Assembly (NCBI GenBank): GCA_022844565.1
Contig: JALHLK010000007.1
Location: 12,050-76,049, forward strand
Reading direction: 5' to 3'
Length of the DNA: 64,000 nt
Source: Saprospiraceae bacterium
GTDB taxonomy: Bacteria > Bacteroidota > Bacteroidia > Chitinophagales > Saprospiraceae
The notes under the pieces are model-generated. The model was not told where the DNA came from. It saw only the letters and a list, made by a program, of their open reading frames with translations, and ran no database searches. The position numbers were made by a program, and so were the translations under genes. Positions 21,023 through 32,900 of this stretch are shown in pieces. The stretch's first letter is position 1. Each line of letters begins with the position of its first letter.

Positions 21023-21169
21023 TATCTTAAAATCTAAAATGGGTTCCAGAGTGAAAGTCTACCAAATAGAATATCATAAAAGGGATAAAAAGTGCAAAAA
21101 GTGAGCCAAACGCCTGATTTTGCAAAAATTTTGGACTGAAAAAGGAAATCCATTTTAGATTTGAAGGTA
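21023..21169. mobile_element. MITE-like fold-back element
   Basis: TIR TATCTTAAAATCTAAAATGGGTTCC / GGAAATCCATTTTAGATTTGAAGGTA; homologous to 6184-6361. Confidence 0.6.
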
Positions 21170-21251
21170 ATACTAATAATGACTACTTCTTAGTTTTTGT
21201 CACCATTTTTGATACAAAAATGTCGCCAAAAGAATTGTGGTTTTTTGTTTT

Positions 21252-21275
21252 CCACGACCTGAAGGTCGCGGTAAC
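21252..21275. repeat. REP-like hairpin
   Basis: CCACGACC-TGAA-GGTCGCGG followed by TAAC; single copy in the window. Confidence 0.4.
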
Positions 21276-21336
21276 TAAAATTATTGAATTTAACGAAGTA
21301 TAATAAACTCCAATACTGTTAAATAAATTTTTACAC

Positions 21337-21513
21337 ATGAAGGATTCGGAAATAATGAAAAGTGAAAACCAAAATTTGCAAGCTTGGGAAGAACCTGAAC
21401 CCACCAAAGAGGAAATATTAGCAGGTATAAAAGAGGCAATTGAAGAGGTAAAATTAATTAAAGCTGGGAAGTTAAAGGCAAAATCCTTAAGTGATTTGTT
21501 GAATGAGTTATAG
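21337..21513 (+). CDS. Small antitoxin-like protein (58 aa, absent from ORF track)
   Basis: MKDSEIMKSENQNLQAWEEPEPTKEEILAGIKEAIEEVKLIKAGKLKAKSLSDLLNEL resembles Bacteroidota type II antitoxin tails; overlaps a 9-codon stub MSYSIVANN* at 21503-21532. Confidence 0.55.
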   Translation: MKDSEIMKSENQNLQAWEEPEPTKEEILAGIKEAIEEVKLIKAGKLKAKSLSDLLNEL

Positions 21514-21557
21514 CATTGTTGCAAATAATTAAAGCCTAAAGAAAATACTTCACGACC

Positions 21558-22490
21558 CTATATCCGCTCCGCCACAGAATACTCATTCCTTTCAGTAGCA
21601 TTGCGAGTGATCAATTCTGCTAAAAAGCCAGCTATAAATAATTGAACACCAATAATTATCGACAAAATTCCTAAGTAGAACAGTGGTCTACTTGCAATTT
21701 CAAAAGTAGAAAAGAGTATTTTACTTATCGAAAGATATAACAAGATGCAAAAACCTATGAAACTTAAGATTGTACCGATGGTACCAAAGAAGTGCATTGG
21801 TCTTTTTCCAAACTTACCCATAAACATAATGGAAAAGAGGTCTAAAAAGCCATAAATAAATCTCGATAAACCAAATTTGGTTTTACCATACTTACGTGCT
21901 TGGTGCTGCACCACTTTTTCGCCAATCTTATCGTATCCGCCCCATTTTGCAATGACAGGTATGTAGCGATGCATTTCTCCATACACTTCAATGTTTTTGA
22001 CAACATCACCTCTGTATGCCTTAAGGCCACAGTTCATGTCATGTAGCTTGACATTGGTCAGCCAACCCGTGACACCATTATATATCTTTGTGGGGATCGT
22101 TTTTGAAATAGGGTCAAATCTTTTCTTTTTCCATCCGCTCACGATATGGTATCCATCATTGATGATCATATCGTAGAGTTCAGGGATTTCTTCTGGGCTG
22201 TCTTGAAGGTCAGCATCCATCGTAATGACCACTTTGCCTTCGGTCACTTTAAATCCTTCATTTAAAGCCGCAGATTTACCATAGTTGCGAGCAAACTTAA
22301 TACCTTTAATGTTGGAATGAGAAGACTGGAGCTCTTTGATGACATTCCAAGAGTTGTCTTTACTTCCGTCATCTATAAATACGATTTCAAAACTTTTCTG
22401 CCATTTGTCAAAAACTCTGACTATCCATGCATGGAGTTCTCTCAATGATTCATCTTCGTCTAAAAGTGGTATTACAATTGATACGTCCAT
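21558..22490 (-). CDS. GT2 glycosyltransferase (DPM1/ArnC-like)
   Basis: DDGSKD, RNYGKSAAL, MDADLQD and GEMHRYIP motifs; two C-terminal TM helices. Confidence 0.92.
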   Translation of the reverse strand: MDVSIVIPLLDEDESLRELHAWIVRVFDKWQKSFEIVFIDDGSKDNSWNVIKELQSSHSNIKGIKFARNYGKSAALNEGFKVTEGKVVITMDADLQDSPEEIPELYDMIINDGYHIVSGWKKKRFDPISKTIPTKIYNGVTGWLTNVKLHDMNCGLKAYRGDVVKNIEVYGEMHRYIPVIAKWGGYDKIGEKVVQHQARKYGKTKFGLSRFIYGFLDLFSIMFMGKFGKRPMHFFGTIGTILSFIGFCILLYLSISKILFSTFEIASRPLFYLGILSIIIGVQLFIAGFLAELITRNATERNEYSVAERI

Positions 22491-22498
22491 CTGCTAGC

Positions 22499-23902
22499 TT
22501 AAATATGTAATGCTCTATTGTCCGTTGCAGCCAAAGCCGCTTCTTTTAAGGCTTCTGTGTAGGTAGGGTGGGGGTGGCAGATTCGTGCCATATCTTCGGC
22601 AGAAGCTTTAAACTCCATTAAGGCGACTGCTTCCATGATTACATCAGCTACGCGAGGACCGACCATGTGAACACCTAATAGTTCGTCTGTATCTTTGTGT
22701 GCTAAGACTTTGACCATGCCATCAGTATCCATACTTGCCCGTGCTCTTCCCAAAGCTTTGAAAGGAAATTTACCAACTTTGTAAGGGATACCAGCCTCTT
22801 TGAGCTCTAATTCTGTTTTGCCTACAGCGCTTACTTCTGGCCAAGTGTAGACCACACCAGGTATTAGATTGTAATCAATATGTGGTTTTTGACCTGCTAT
22901 CAGCTCTGCTACAAATACACCTTCTTCTTCTGCTTTGTGTGCTAGCATCGCCCCTTTTACTACGTCTCCTATGGCATATATTCCTTCTACATTGGTCTGT
23001 AGATGATGGTCTACTTCGATTCGACCTTTATCATCCGCTTTTATACCGGCATTTTCGAGTGCCAATCCGTCCGTATATGGTCTTCTTCCTATAGCTATTA
23101 AGCAGTAATCAGCTTTTATTTCTTTAGTCTCTCCACCATCTTTGGATTCAAAACTAACCGTTGCTCCCGTTTTAGATCCTTGGACTCCAGTTACTTTATG
23201 ACCAAAATGAAACTCCATTTCTAGCTTCTTAAGAGACCTTGTCAATTCTTTTGAGCAATCTACATCCATTGTTGGTAAGATTCTATCTTGAAATTCTATC
23301 ACGTGAATTTTTGTACCTAGTCTAGCAAAGACGCTACCCAATTCAAGGCCTATCACGCCACCACCTATGACTACCATACTTTTGGGTACTTTATTGATGA
23401 GTAGGGCTTCTGTGGAAGTAATTACCCTATTTTTATCATAATTCATAGTTTCTGGTGTAATGGGTTTTGACCCTGTGGCTATGATGGTTTTAGCAGTAGT
23501 TATTTCTTTAGTTGTACCATCTGCCGAAGTAACTAAAATCGTATTTTTATCTTTAAAAGAACCGACACCTGTAAAAACTTCGATTTTATTTTTTTTCATT
23601 AAAAATTCTACACCCTTGCATGTTTGATCTACGACTTCATTTTTGCGTTTGATCATCTGTGGCATATTGATTTTTAAGTCCTTAAGCTCTATGCCGTGCT
23701 CTGTAAATGTATGTGCGGCATTATGGTAATGTTCGCTGCTATCGAGTAGAGCCTTAGAAGGGATACATCCCACATTAAGACAGGTACCTCCAAGTGTATT
23801 GTATTTTTCTATTATGGCTGTCTTCAATCCTAACTGGGCACACCGTATAGCAGATACATATCCACCTGGGCCCGAACCTATTACTGTCACATCAAAATTC
23901 AT
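22499..23902 (-). CDS. lpdA: Dihydrolipoyl dehydrogenase
   Basis: GSGPGGY, GGTCLNVGCIPSKAL and HPTYTE motifs. Confidence 0.96.
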   Translation of the reverse strand: MNFDVTVIGSGPGGYVSAIRCAQLGLKTAIIEKYNTLGGTCLNVGCIPSKALLDSSEHYHNAAHTFTEHGIELKDLKINMPQMIKRKNEVVDQTCKGVEFLMKKNKIEVFTGVGSFKDKNTILVTSADGTTKEITTAKTIIATGSKPITPETMNYDKNRVITSTEALLINKVPKSMVVIGGGVIGLELGSVFARLGTKIHVIEFQDRILPTMDVDCSKELTRSLKKLEMEFHFGHKVTGVQGSKTGATVSFESKDGGETKEIKADYCLIAIGRRPYTDGLALENAGIKADDKGRIEVDHHLQTNVEGIYAIGDVVKGAMLAHKAEEEGVFVAELIAGQKPHIDYNLIPGVVYTWPEVSAVGKTELELKEAGIPYKVGKFPFKALGRARASMDTDGMVKVLAHKDTDELLGVHMVGPRVADVIMEAVALMEFKASAEDMARICHPHPTYTEALKEAALAATDNRALHI

Positions 23903-23923
23903 ATTGCTATATTTCTATTATTA

Positions 23924-25501
23924 TTAGTTATTTGATTGATTATTGTTCTTGTTTCTGTTTTTAAACTTATTTTTATTAAACTTCTTCTTTGGACCGCCTG
24001 GTTGAGGAGGTGCCGAAGTGTCTGCATTGTTATTGCCAGTTACTGGAGCAACTTCGTTCGTTTTCTCTGTATTAATGGTTAAGTTTAGGTTCTTTTGCTG
24101 ATTTGGATTATGAGGTTGTTTAGACCCCTTTTGTTGGTTTGGATTGGTATTCTGATTTTCTGGTCTTTGATTAGGGTTGTTAGGCCTTGGCTGTTGATTC
24201 GGATTTGGTGGTCTTTGATTTGGATTATTAGGCCTAGGCTCTTGATTATCTGGAGTCTTTTTCTGATTAGGGTTATTTTGAGGCCTAGTATTCTGATTTT
24301 CTGGTCTCTGATTTGGGTTATTCGGTCTTGGCTGCTGATTTTGATTTCTACCTTGAGATTGGTCAGCAGATTGATTAGATTGAGGGGCTCTATTTTGATT
24401 ATTAGGTTTTTTCTTCTTTTTCTTGTTGCCTGAAGGCAATTCTATCACACCGGTCACATCAGCATATTCAAATTCTTCTTTTTCTGCGGCCTTTACTGGC
24501 ACTCCAAATTGTGATAAATCTTCAGGTTTTATACCTTTAGCATTCATCGCAAGGATTTCTTTTACCCTGTCTTTAGGTAGCGGATGGAATACACCCCTCA
24601 TGCTGATGTCTTCATAGGTATAGTACATGATCCCTCTAAAAATATCAGTTTTGACTAATAAAGCCCTACCTTTTTGGGTCATCAAAAAGTCAGCTCGATT
24701 AGGGAAGTGTTGTATAGCGTCCATATAACTGTCCAATTCATAATTGAGACAACATTTAAGGCGCCCGCATTGCCCCGAGAGTTTAATCTGATTGATCGAG
24801 ATATTTTGGTATCTTGCAGCAGATGTATTGACGGATCTAAAATCGGTCAACCAAGTCGAGCAGCAAAGTTCCCTACCACAACTACCTATTCCTCCAATTC
24901 TCGCGCTTTCTTGCCGTGAGCCAATTTGTCTCATTTCTATTTTGACCTTAAACTCTTTGGCATATTCTTTCACCAACTCTCTAAAGTCTACTCGACCGTG
25001 AGCAGTGTAAAAGAATGTAGCTTTACGCCCATCTCCTTGAAATTGGATATCACTTAACTTCATATCAAGCCCCATTGTATAGGCTATCGCTCTCGCTCTA
25101 ATCAATACTTGGTTTTCATTTTGTCTTAAGTGATCTAGTTTTTCTAAGTCTCTTTCGTTAGCTTTCCGAATTAATTTAGTTGATACACGCTCTGCTGGAA
25201 TTGATTTTTTCTTCAATTGCATTCTCACCAACTCGCCCATCAAACTTATGACACCCACATCATATCCTGTGGCTGCTTCTACCAAAACTGTATCGCCTGT
25301 AGCAAATTGCCCAGGATACTCATTGATATAAAACTCCTTATTGGCTCCATTTTTAAATGAAACCTCTACAAGATGATACTCTGTTGGATCTGATAGCTCC
25401 ATCGCATTGATCCAATCGTACGTATTCATCTTATTACATCCTCCTGTGGCACAATGGCCTTTATCTCCACATCCTCCCGGACTACAACTGGTACACCCCA
25501 T
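23924..25501 (-). CDS. ricT: RicT/PSP1 (YaaT) family Fe-S protein with low-complexity tail
   Basis: RVDFREL, GSCGRELCCSTW and SGQCGRLKCCLNYE motifs. Confidence 0.85.
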   Translation of the reverse strand: MGCTSCSPGGCGDKGHCATGGCNKMNTYDWINAMELSDPTEYHLVEVSFKNGANKEFYINEYPGQFATGDTVLVEAATGYDVGVISLMGELVRMQLKKKSIPAERVSTKLIRKANERDLEKLDHLRQNENQVLIRARAIAYTMGLDMKLSDIQFQGDGRKATFFYTAHGRVDFRELVKEYAKEFKVKIEMRQIGSRQESARIGGIGSCGRELCCSTWLTDFRSVNTSAARYQNISINQIKLSGQCGRLKCCLNYELDSYMDAIQHFPNRADFLMTQKGRALLVKTDIFRGIMYYTYEDISMRGVFHPLPKDRVKEILAMNAKGIKPEDLSQFGVPVKAAEKEEFEYADVTGVIELPSGNKKKKKKPNNQNRAPQSNQSADQSQGRNQNQQPRPNNPNQRPENQNTRPQNNPNQKKTPDNQEPRPNNPNQRPPNPNQQPRPNNPNQRPENQNTNPNQQKGSKQPHNPNQQKNLNLTINTEKTNEVAPVTGNNNADTSAPPQPGGPKKKFNKNKFKNRNKNNNQSNN

Positions 25502-25508
25502 TTATTTA

Positions 25509-26663
25509 TTATTGAATTGCAAAGTTAATGGTATTCACGTAGTTATTTATATTATTTTTTAAAATATCTCCAATCATTATCGTCTGTGCCATAAAAAGCA
25601 CCTTAAGATTGGCATTCCTACGTACCCCAAAAATCGTATTTTCAATGACTTCTGTAAATTTTTCTATCTTTGAGAAGTCCAAAAATTGCACTAAATTTTT
25701 TGAAACTATTAATTCTTTATCATTCAATCGCGGTCTTTGATTCGTAGCCATATAGTATGAATGTTCTCTTACAAAATGTAGGCAATAATGTAAAAAATCA
25801 TCAATTGTATCTTTATTGAGACCGCTCAATTGATTGACCAATTCCACCATGGCCACCGCATCACCTTTGAAAGCCACTCGTAGCCAATTGATGATCAATT
25901 CTGAGTAATCCGCATCATTACCTTGTACTATTTTTATTGCCTTTGCGAGATTGCCATCACTCAGCCTTACCACTTGATCGAGGTTGGTAATATTTCCAAA
26001 TTTAGTGGTTAGGTAAGCTATGATTTCTTCATCAGAAAATGCATTGACTCTCACCACTTGACATCGCGATAAAATGGTTGGCATAATCATAGATTGGTTT
26101 TCCGTCACTAAAAACAAATGTGTATTGTCCCTAGGCTCCTCGATCAACTTTAGCAATCTATTGCCCTCCTTACCCAAATATTCTGGCAACCAGATAATCA
26201 TAATCTTCGGCCCATCCGAAAACGCTTGCAGTGCCAATTTCCCCGCAATTTCTTGACATTCTCTCACATTGATATTGGGCTTGGTATTGGAGTCCATCGC
26301 CTTTGCCCAATCACCTTCTGTCAAGAAATAATTGTTCAAGATCGCATTCCGAAATTCTGCCATAAACGCATTGCTCGTCGTCTCCTCCCTTTTCAGATCA
26401 CCCTTTTTAGTCACGGGAAATGCAAAATGCAAGTCAGGATGCACCAATTTATGCGATTTGACACAAGCCGGACACACTCCACAACTGTCTTCTTGAGTAC
26501 GATTATTACAAAGCAAATATGATGCATAAGCCAAGGTTAATGGCAAACTAGCATATCCTTCATTGGATAAAAAAAGTTGCGCATGGGGTACCTTATCTTC
26601 TTGGACGAGTTGCCTAAGAAATGTTTTTTCTTTATCGTGACCGGGTATATCTTTGAAGTGCAT
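25509..26663 (-). CDS. holB: DNA polymerase III subunit delta'
   Basis: PHAQLF, CGVCPAC, HPDLHF, NRLLKLIEEP and PTILSRCQ motifs. Start moved to MHFKDIPG at 26663. Confidence 0.88.
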   Translation of the reverse strand: MHFKDIPGHDKEKTFLRQLVQEDKVPHAQLFLSNEGYASLPLTLAYASYLLCNNRTQEDSCGVCPACVKSHKLVHPDLHFAFPVTKKGDLKREETTSNAFMAEFRNAILNNYFLTEGDWAKAMDSNTKPNINVRECQEIAGKLALQAFSDGPKIMIIWLPEYLGKEGNRLLKLIEEPRDNTHLFLVTENQSMIMPTILSRCQVVRVNAFSDEEIIAYLTTKFGNITNLDQVVRLSDGNLAKAIKIVQGNDADYSELIINWLRVAFKGDAVAMVELVNQLSGLNKDTIDDFLHYCLHFVREHSYYMATNQRPRLNDKELIVSKNLVQFLDFSKIEKFTEVIENTIFGVRRNANLKVLFMAQTIMIGDILKNNINNYVNTINFAIQ

Positions 26664-26902
26664 AATTAATGTAATGGTTTGGATTTGCAAAAGTTTTTGA
26701 TTAAAGGTAAATCTTAATTGACAAAGGTAAGGAAAGTTGATAATATGTGTATAAATCATAAAAATGAAAATTTAAACCATTGTAATCAGCTCAAAATTAT
26801 GCTTTGTTGATTTTATGAGTATTTTTTTATTAAAATAGATAAAATATTTATCTTTATGCGAGTAACTATTTTATTGACAATTATTTACGAAATTTTACAC
26901 TA

Positions 26903-29900
26903 ATGAAAAATATTTATCAAATTTTTATAATTATTTTTTCTATCTGTTTTTATTCAATTTCATTTGCACAAATCCAAATAGGCTCTGATATAAATTCAAC
27001 CTCTCCAATTAGCCAACTTGGTACAATTGTTAGAATGCCCGATAAGTTTACAATTGCAGTGGGAGCATTTAATGCAGGATATTGCAGAGTCTATAGATGG
27101 GATGGAATTGATTGGATTCAAAAAGGTATTGATATTCCAGCAAATACGAATGGGTCAGATTCGTATACTGATTATTTAACAATGCCAGATAGTAATACAC
27201 TCGCAGTATCAATTCCAAATGAAAATGGTGTAGGTATAAAAAGAGGCGTAGTTAAAATTTACACGTGGAATGGAAATTCTTGGTCTGCTAAGGGCGATAA
27301 TATTTTTGGTGAATTCGATTACCATCTCTCTGGTAGTTATATTAGTATGCCTGATTCTAATACAATTTCAATTGGATCAAGATATAGTGGAGGAGCAAGA
27401 ATTTTTAAGTGGCAAAATGGAGTTTGGATAAAAAAAGGAAACACAATAGATGTAGATTGGGGACAAACAGTTGATATGCCAGATAGTAATGTCGTAGCTG
27501 TAAGTTCGTACTATGTCTCTAATTTTAATAATTCAGAAGGGAGAACCAAAGTATATATATGGAATGGCAGTGATTGGAGTTTAAAAGGATCTGAAATTAT
27601 TGGCGATCCATATCAAAAAGAATTTGGGAGATCCATTATTATGCCTGATTCAAACACCATTGCCATAAGTTCAATAGCAAATACTCCTACAATTGAGGCT
27701 AGAACCACTATTTTTTATTTTAATGGTTCAAATTGGGTTAAAAAGGGATCTACGATCAACGATGAAGAAATTTATGATTCCTACGTAAATTCTATTTCAA
27801 TGCCGAACAGTAACACTATAGCTATTGGTTCAGATTATAGTTCAGAAGGAGGTTTCGCTAGGGGGCAGGTTAGAATTTTTGAATGGAATGGCTCTTCATG
27901 GGTGAAAAGAGGGAAAGATCTACAAGGTAGACTTGACTATGAAAATTTTGGAAGATCGGTTAGTATGCCAACTAATGATGTTATAGCTGTTGGAGCTTTT
28001 AGAAACTATGAAAGATTCACAGAAGGAGGACAAGTAAAAATTTTTGAATATGGTCTAAATCAACCTCCTCCATCAGGAGAATTATTGGTTATAAACAGCG
28101 AATGTTCTAATTGTAATTTATCAGGAGGAAGTGTAAGCTTGGGGTCAGTTTCCACATTAATGGGCTCAATCGAATTTTCAGATAGTTTGCTTCAATGGTC
28201 GCAATCCCTACCTACTTATTATCAAAATGGAAAGTCTAGAGTTATCTATGCAAGATCAAATTATAATGGTAAATATAGTGATATCGTGAAGGTTGGTTGT
28301 TACGAACCTGGAAGTTGTAGAGTTCCGGAGCCACCTATAGGAGCTTTGGAAACTCAAGACGGTAATTGCATAAATTGTAATTCTATCGATGGATTAGTTG
28401 AGATTGGTACTCTAGTATCAAATGAGGGTATTATTCAATATTCTTTTGACAATGGTAACAACTGGATTAAAAGAATACCTAAATATGAGGAATTAATAAA
28501 ATATGAAAATATTATTGCATCTGTTGTTGATTCTTTTTCGAACTGCATTTCAGAACCTTTAATTGTAGCAAGTAAATTTCAAATTAATCGAAAAGGCAAT
28601 GAATTAACAAGTTTTTTTTATGATAAAAAATTTGGGGAAGTGGTTGAATTTCCTGATAAAAATACTTTAGCAATTACAACCCCTGGATTAAATAAAACGA
28701 CAGTTTATAAATTTGTAAATAATGAATGGATTCAAAAAGGTTCTGATTTCTATGGGAATACTTATATTTCGATGCCAGATTCGAATACAATTTCAGTCGG
28801 AAATAGTGTTTTTATTTGGAATGGTGAATTTTGGGTACAAAAAGGTAATCAAATTGATTTATTAAATTATGGGTACACATTTTCAGAAATGCCAGATTCG
28901 AATACCATTGCTTTTACCATTTTTTACTATAATTTTGAGATTGGAGATTTTAGTCGTGAAATAAAAGTTTACAAATGGGTTAACAACGAGTGGATTCAAA
29001 AAGGAAATAAAATTCACTTAAGTAAATCAGGAAACTATAGAAGTGTTATTACTATGCCAGATTCAAATACCATTGCGATTGGTATTTCTGGTAATTCAGA
29101 ATATTTTTATTATGGTGGTTTAGTAAGAGTTTACATTTGGAACGGAATTGAATGGGTTCAAAAAGGTTCTGATTTATACGGAGTTTCAAATGAAAGCCTC
29201 GGCAGGTCCATAGATATGCCAAACAAAAATATTCTAGCAATATCAGGAGGTGGAAATGTAGGTCAATCTACTCCCTCTACTTATATTAAAATTTTATACT
29301 GGAATGGTTTTGAATGGATTTCACAAGGAAATATAAACGGTCGTAAAGAATTAGAATACTTTTCGGCTGACGAAAGTGGTAGCTCCACATTGAGCATGCC
29401 CAACGAAAATATTATTTCCTTCACTTCTAGGCATAAAAACGGATCAAGTATTTATTTATATCGATATAACAAAAATAATTTCATTTGGGAGCAATTTGGA
29501 ATTGATAATTTAGGAATTGATATTGAAGTTGATAACGTTTTAATTTCAGACGATTTAAATATTGCTGTAGGGTCTCATAGAATTAAAGTTGATTTTGGAG
29601 AAATTGGGAAGGTAAATGTTTATAGTATAGATGAACTTGGTACTTGTCCCGACACCTGCTCACAAGATACCATCTCTCAACTCACCTGCCAAGCCGAAAT
29701 CAACCTAAGCCTAGATTCCACATGCAGAATTTCAAATATAGAAAATATTTTTCTCACGAGCCAAGGATATTTACCTTCTACACATTCGTTATCCTTTTCT
29801 ACTTTGAACGATGAGGTTGTTAATAGATATGACTTAAGCTCATATTTAGGTCGAAAAATTAAATACACCATCACCCATCTTCCAAGTAATAATTCTTGTT

Positions 29901-32900
29901 GGGGATATATCAACATAGAAGACAAGTTAGGACCGAAACTAGATGCACCGAAGGACACATGTGTATACTGTGTAGAAAGTACCTTGCCAACAAGAACAGG
30001 CCAAGCTACAGCAACGGACTGTGGTAGCACACCGAAGGTAGAGTACAGAGATGTAGTTGCTGCCTTTGCATGTAAAAAAGATGGAGATACAATACAAATC
30101 ATAACAAGAACATGGTTTGCAACAGATGATAAAGGAAATACGACAACAAGTGTACAGAAAATCTATGTAAAAGCCCTATCAAGCGATAGCATCAAGGCTC
30201 CAGTAGCACTTGTGACATTAGCATGTACAGACGCCTATACACCAGAAGCGATAGCGAGTAATTTAGGAGTAAGCTATGGATATCCACACTTTATCAGCCC
30301 AGTGACAGGCTTACCAGTAGCAATTACAAGAGGTAGCTCATGCCACTTTGAAGCAGATTATGTAGATAAGCCGATCATAGAAGAGACATGCAAAGCAAAC
30401 TGTAAGAGTACACAGAAAATACTACGAACATGGAATGTATTAAATTGGTGTACAGGCAAGGCTGAGAAATATCTGCAAGTGATCAAGTTGGAAGATAATG
30501 TAGCACCAACAATCAGAGTTACTAGCCCAAGCGAGACATATAGCGTGAATGCATGGGGATGTGATGTAGACATTACAATGCCAAATGCAACGGTACGAGA
30601 CGCATGCGATGCAGATGCTACAGTAGTAAGTATCCAAGGTCCAGTAGGAGTGAGTGTGGTGAAGAGAGGCAACACATGGGTAGCATTAAATGTACCAAGT
30701 GGCACACATACCTTCACATATTTTGCAAGTGACTGTTGTGGTAATGAAAGTACTGCAACGATCACAGTGAAAGTGGTAGACAGAGTGGCCCCAGTAGCGA
30801 CAGTGAAGGAGTTTATCACAGTGAGCTTGGTGCGAAGTGGTGATGAGAATATCTTAGGTATAGCAAAACTATTTGTAGACCAAGTAGACAATGGAAGTTA
30901 TGATAATTGTACGAAAGTTTACAGAGAGATTAGAAGAGAAGATGATGCACCTGGATGTCTAAATGCTGGAGATTTATGGGACCATGACAATAATCCGAGT
31001 ACACCTCGCATCCCATCATGGAACAATAATAGAACATACAATAACGACGGACATCTACAAGATAATCCAGAAGATACAGACAAAGGACAATTCGTCAAAT
31101 TCTGTTGTGAAGACATCGGAAAAGAAGTAAAAGTGTGGTTGCGCGTATGGGATGATGCGAATGGCTCAGGAATCTATGGTGACGTGGTAGATGGGTTATC
31201 AGACAATTACAATGAGACCTGGTCAAATGTAAAAGTAGAAGACAAGACGGTACCGAAGATCACTTGTAAGCCAGATGTGACGATCAATTGTTCAAGAGAT
31301 ACAGGAGCGGTGACAGAATACAACTTCTCACGCACGTGGATAAGCACTGTGGGTAAAGTACCAGCGCGAATGTTACCAGGAACAGAAGGTACATGTGGAG
31401 TGTATGAGTTTGAATTCAGAGATGAAGGAAGTTTGAATACATGTAATGTAGGCACATTCATAAGAGAATATCGAGTGAAAGCTCACCCAAGCGTGGTGTG
31501 CACAATGCGAATAGTAGTAGATAATACGACATCAAGTCCAGTGTTAGAATGGCCAATCGACTTACATGAGTGGTCAAGTTGTACATTGACAGAAGCAGAT
31601 ATATACGCTAATACAGTGAGAGCAATAAGAGCTGAGCAACTTAATGGATGTGGAGTAACGGGCACAGATCAGTGGATGTGTGAAGGCTTAACGGGCACAG
31701 AGTTAGCAAATTGTAGAAGAGCTCAAGCAACAAATGGGTTCACACCAAACTCAGGACCATTAGGATCAAGCTTGAGAGATAGAGTAAGGTTTAATTCAAA
31801 CTACAAGAATGTAGGCTGCGCAGTATTTGGCAAGAAATTGACAATAGAGGAGTATGCTGTAGGTGAAGGATGTAAGAAGTGGGTAGTAAGATGGGATTAC
31901 ATCAACTGGTGTGATAACAGTAATGCAGGCTGTAGAACAACGATCTACAAATACGAAGACACGACAGCCCCAGTGATCACAAGCTGCCCAGGAGCAGATG
32001 AGGATATCGAAGATGCGACATGTACGTTCCCAATCGTATTGAGACCAACAGCTACAGACGCTGGAGGATGCGATGCGGCATTGACATGGAGAGCACGAGT
32101 ATATGAAGGAACGAACATTGGTATCAATCCAATAGGAGCAGTCTTACGCACAGGTACAGGAGTAGGTACAAATCCGACGATTAGCTTTACAGGAGCCAAT
32201 GCCCTAGAAGCAGGTACGTACACGGTGAGATACTTTGTGACGGACGGATGTGGTAATGTAAGCGAGTGTGATGCGACAATCGGTATCTGGCCAAAAGCAG
32301 CGACACCATATTGTGTAAGCTTGAGCAGCGCAGTAATGAAGAATGGTTTAGTAGAATTGTGGGCAAGAGACTTTGACAGAGGAAGTTTCACAAATTGTGG
32401 ATCAGGAGTAATGTTATTCACGTTCAATAGAGGTGGAGTAGCAGAACATCCAGCACCAGCACAATTAGACAGCCAACACTACTTCAATGGTACGGGCAAC
32501 TTCTTAGCATTCAAAACAGATGCAGGAAATGCAACAGGTGAAGCAGCAGCAAGATCACTGTACAATGAAGGAAAGGCACAATTATGGTTACCAGATGTGA
32601 CGGTAAGACCGAGACCAACTTTACCAAACGGAACAGCACAAGATCCAGAAAGAATCGTAACAGGAGGCACATCAGGAATGAACTTTGGATGTAAAGCAGG
32701 TAATACGATCGGAGTGCCAATCACGGTAGAGATGCGAGTATGGGATAGAAGAAGCTTCAAAGCAGGAAGTACCCAAGGAAGTGACTTCTGCCAGACACGA
32801 TTGACCTTGATAGACAATCAAGGTGGCTGTGGAGCAAGTACACTGGTGCCAGTGGGCGGAACAGTACAGACCGAAGGAGTAGAGATGATGAACGAAGTAG

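Noticed and set aside
21183..21524. 113-aa minus-strand ORF
   Set aside because: The opposite-strand 58-aa antitoxin-like ORF is more protein-like; this one has no recognisable features.
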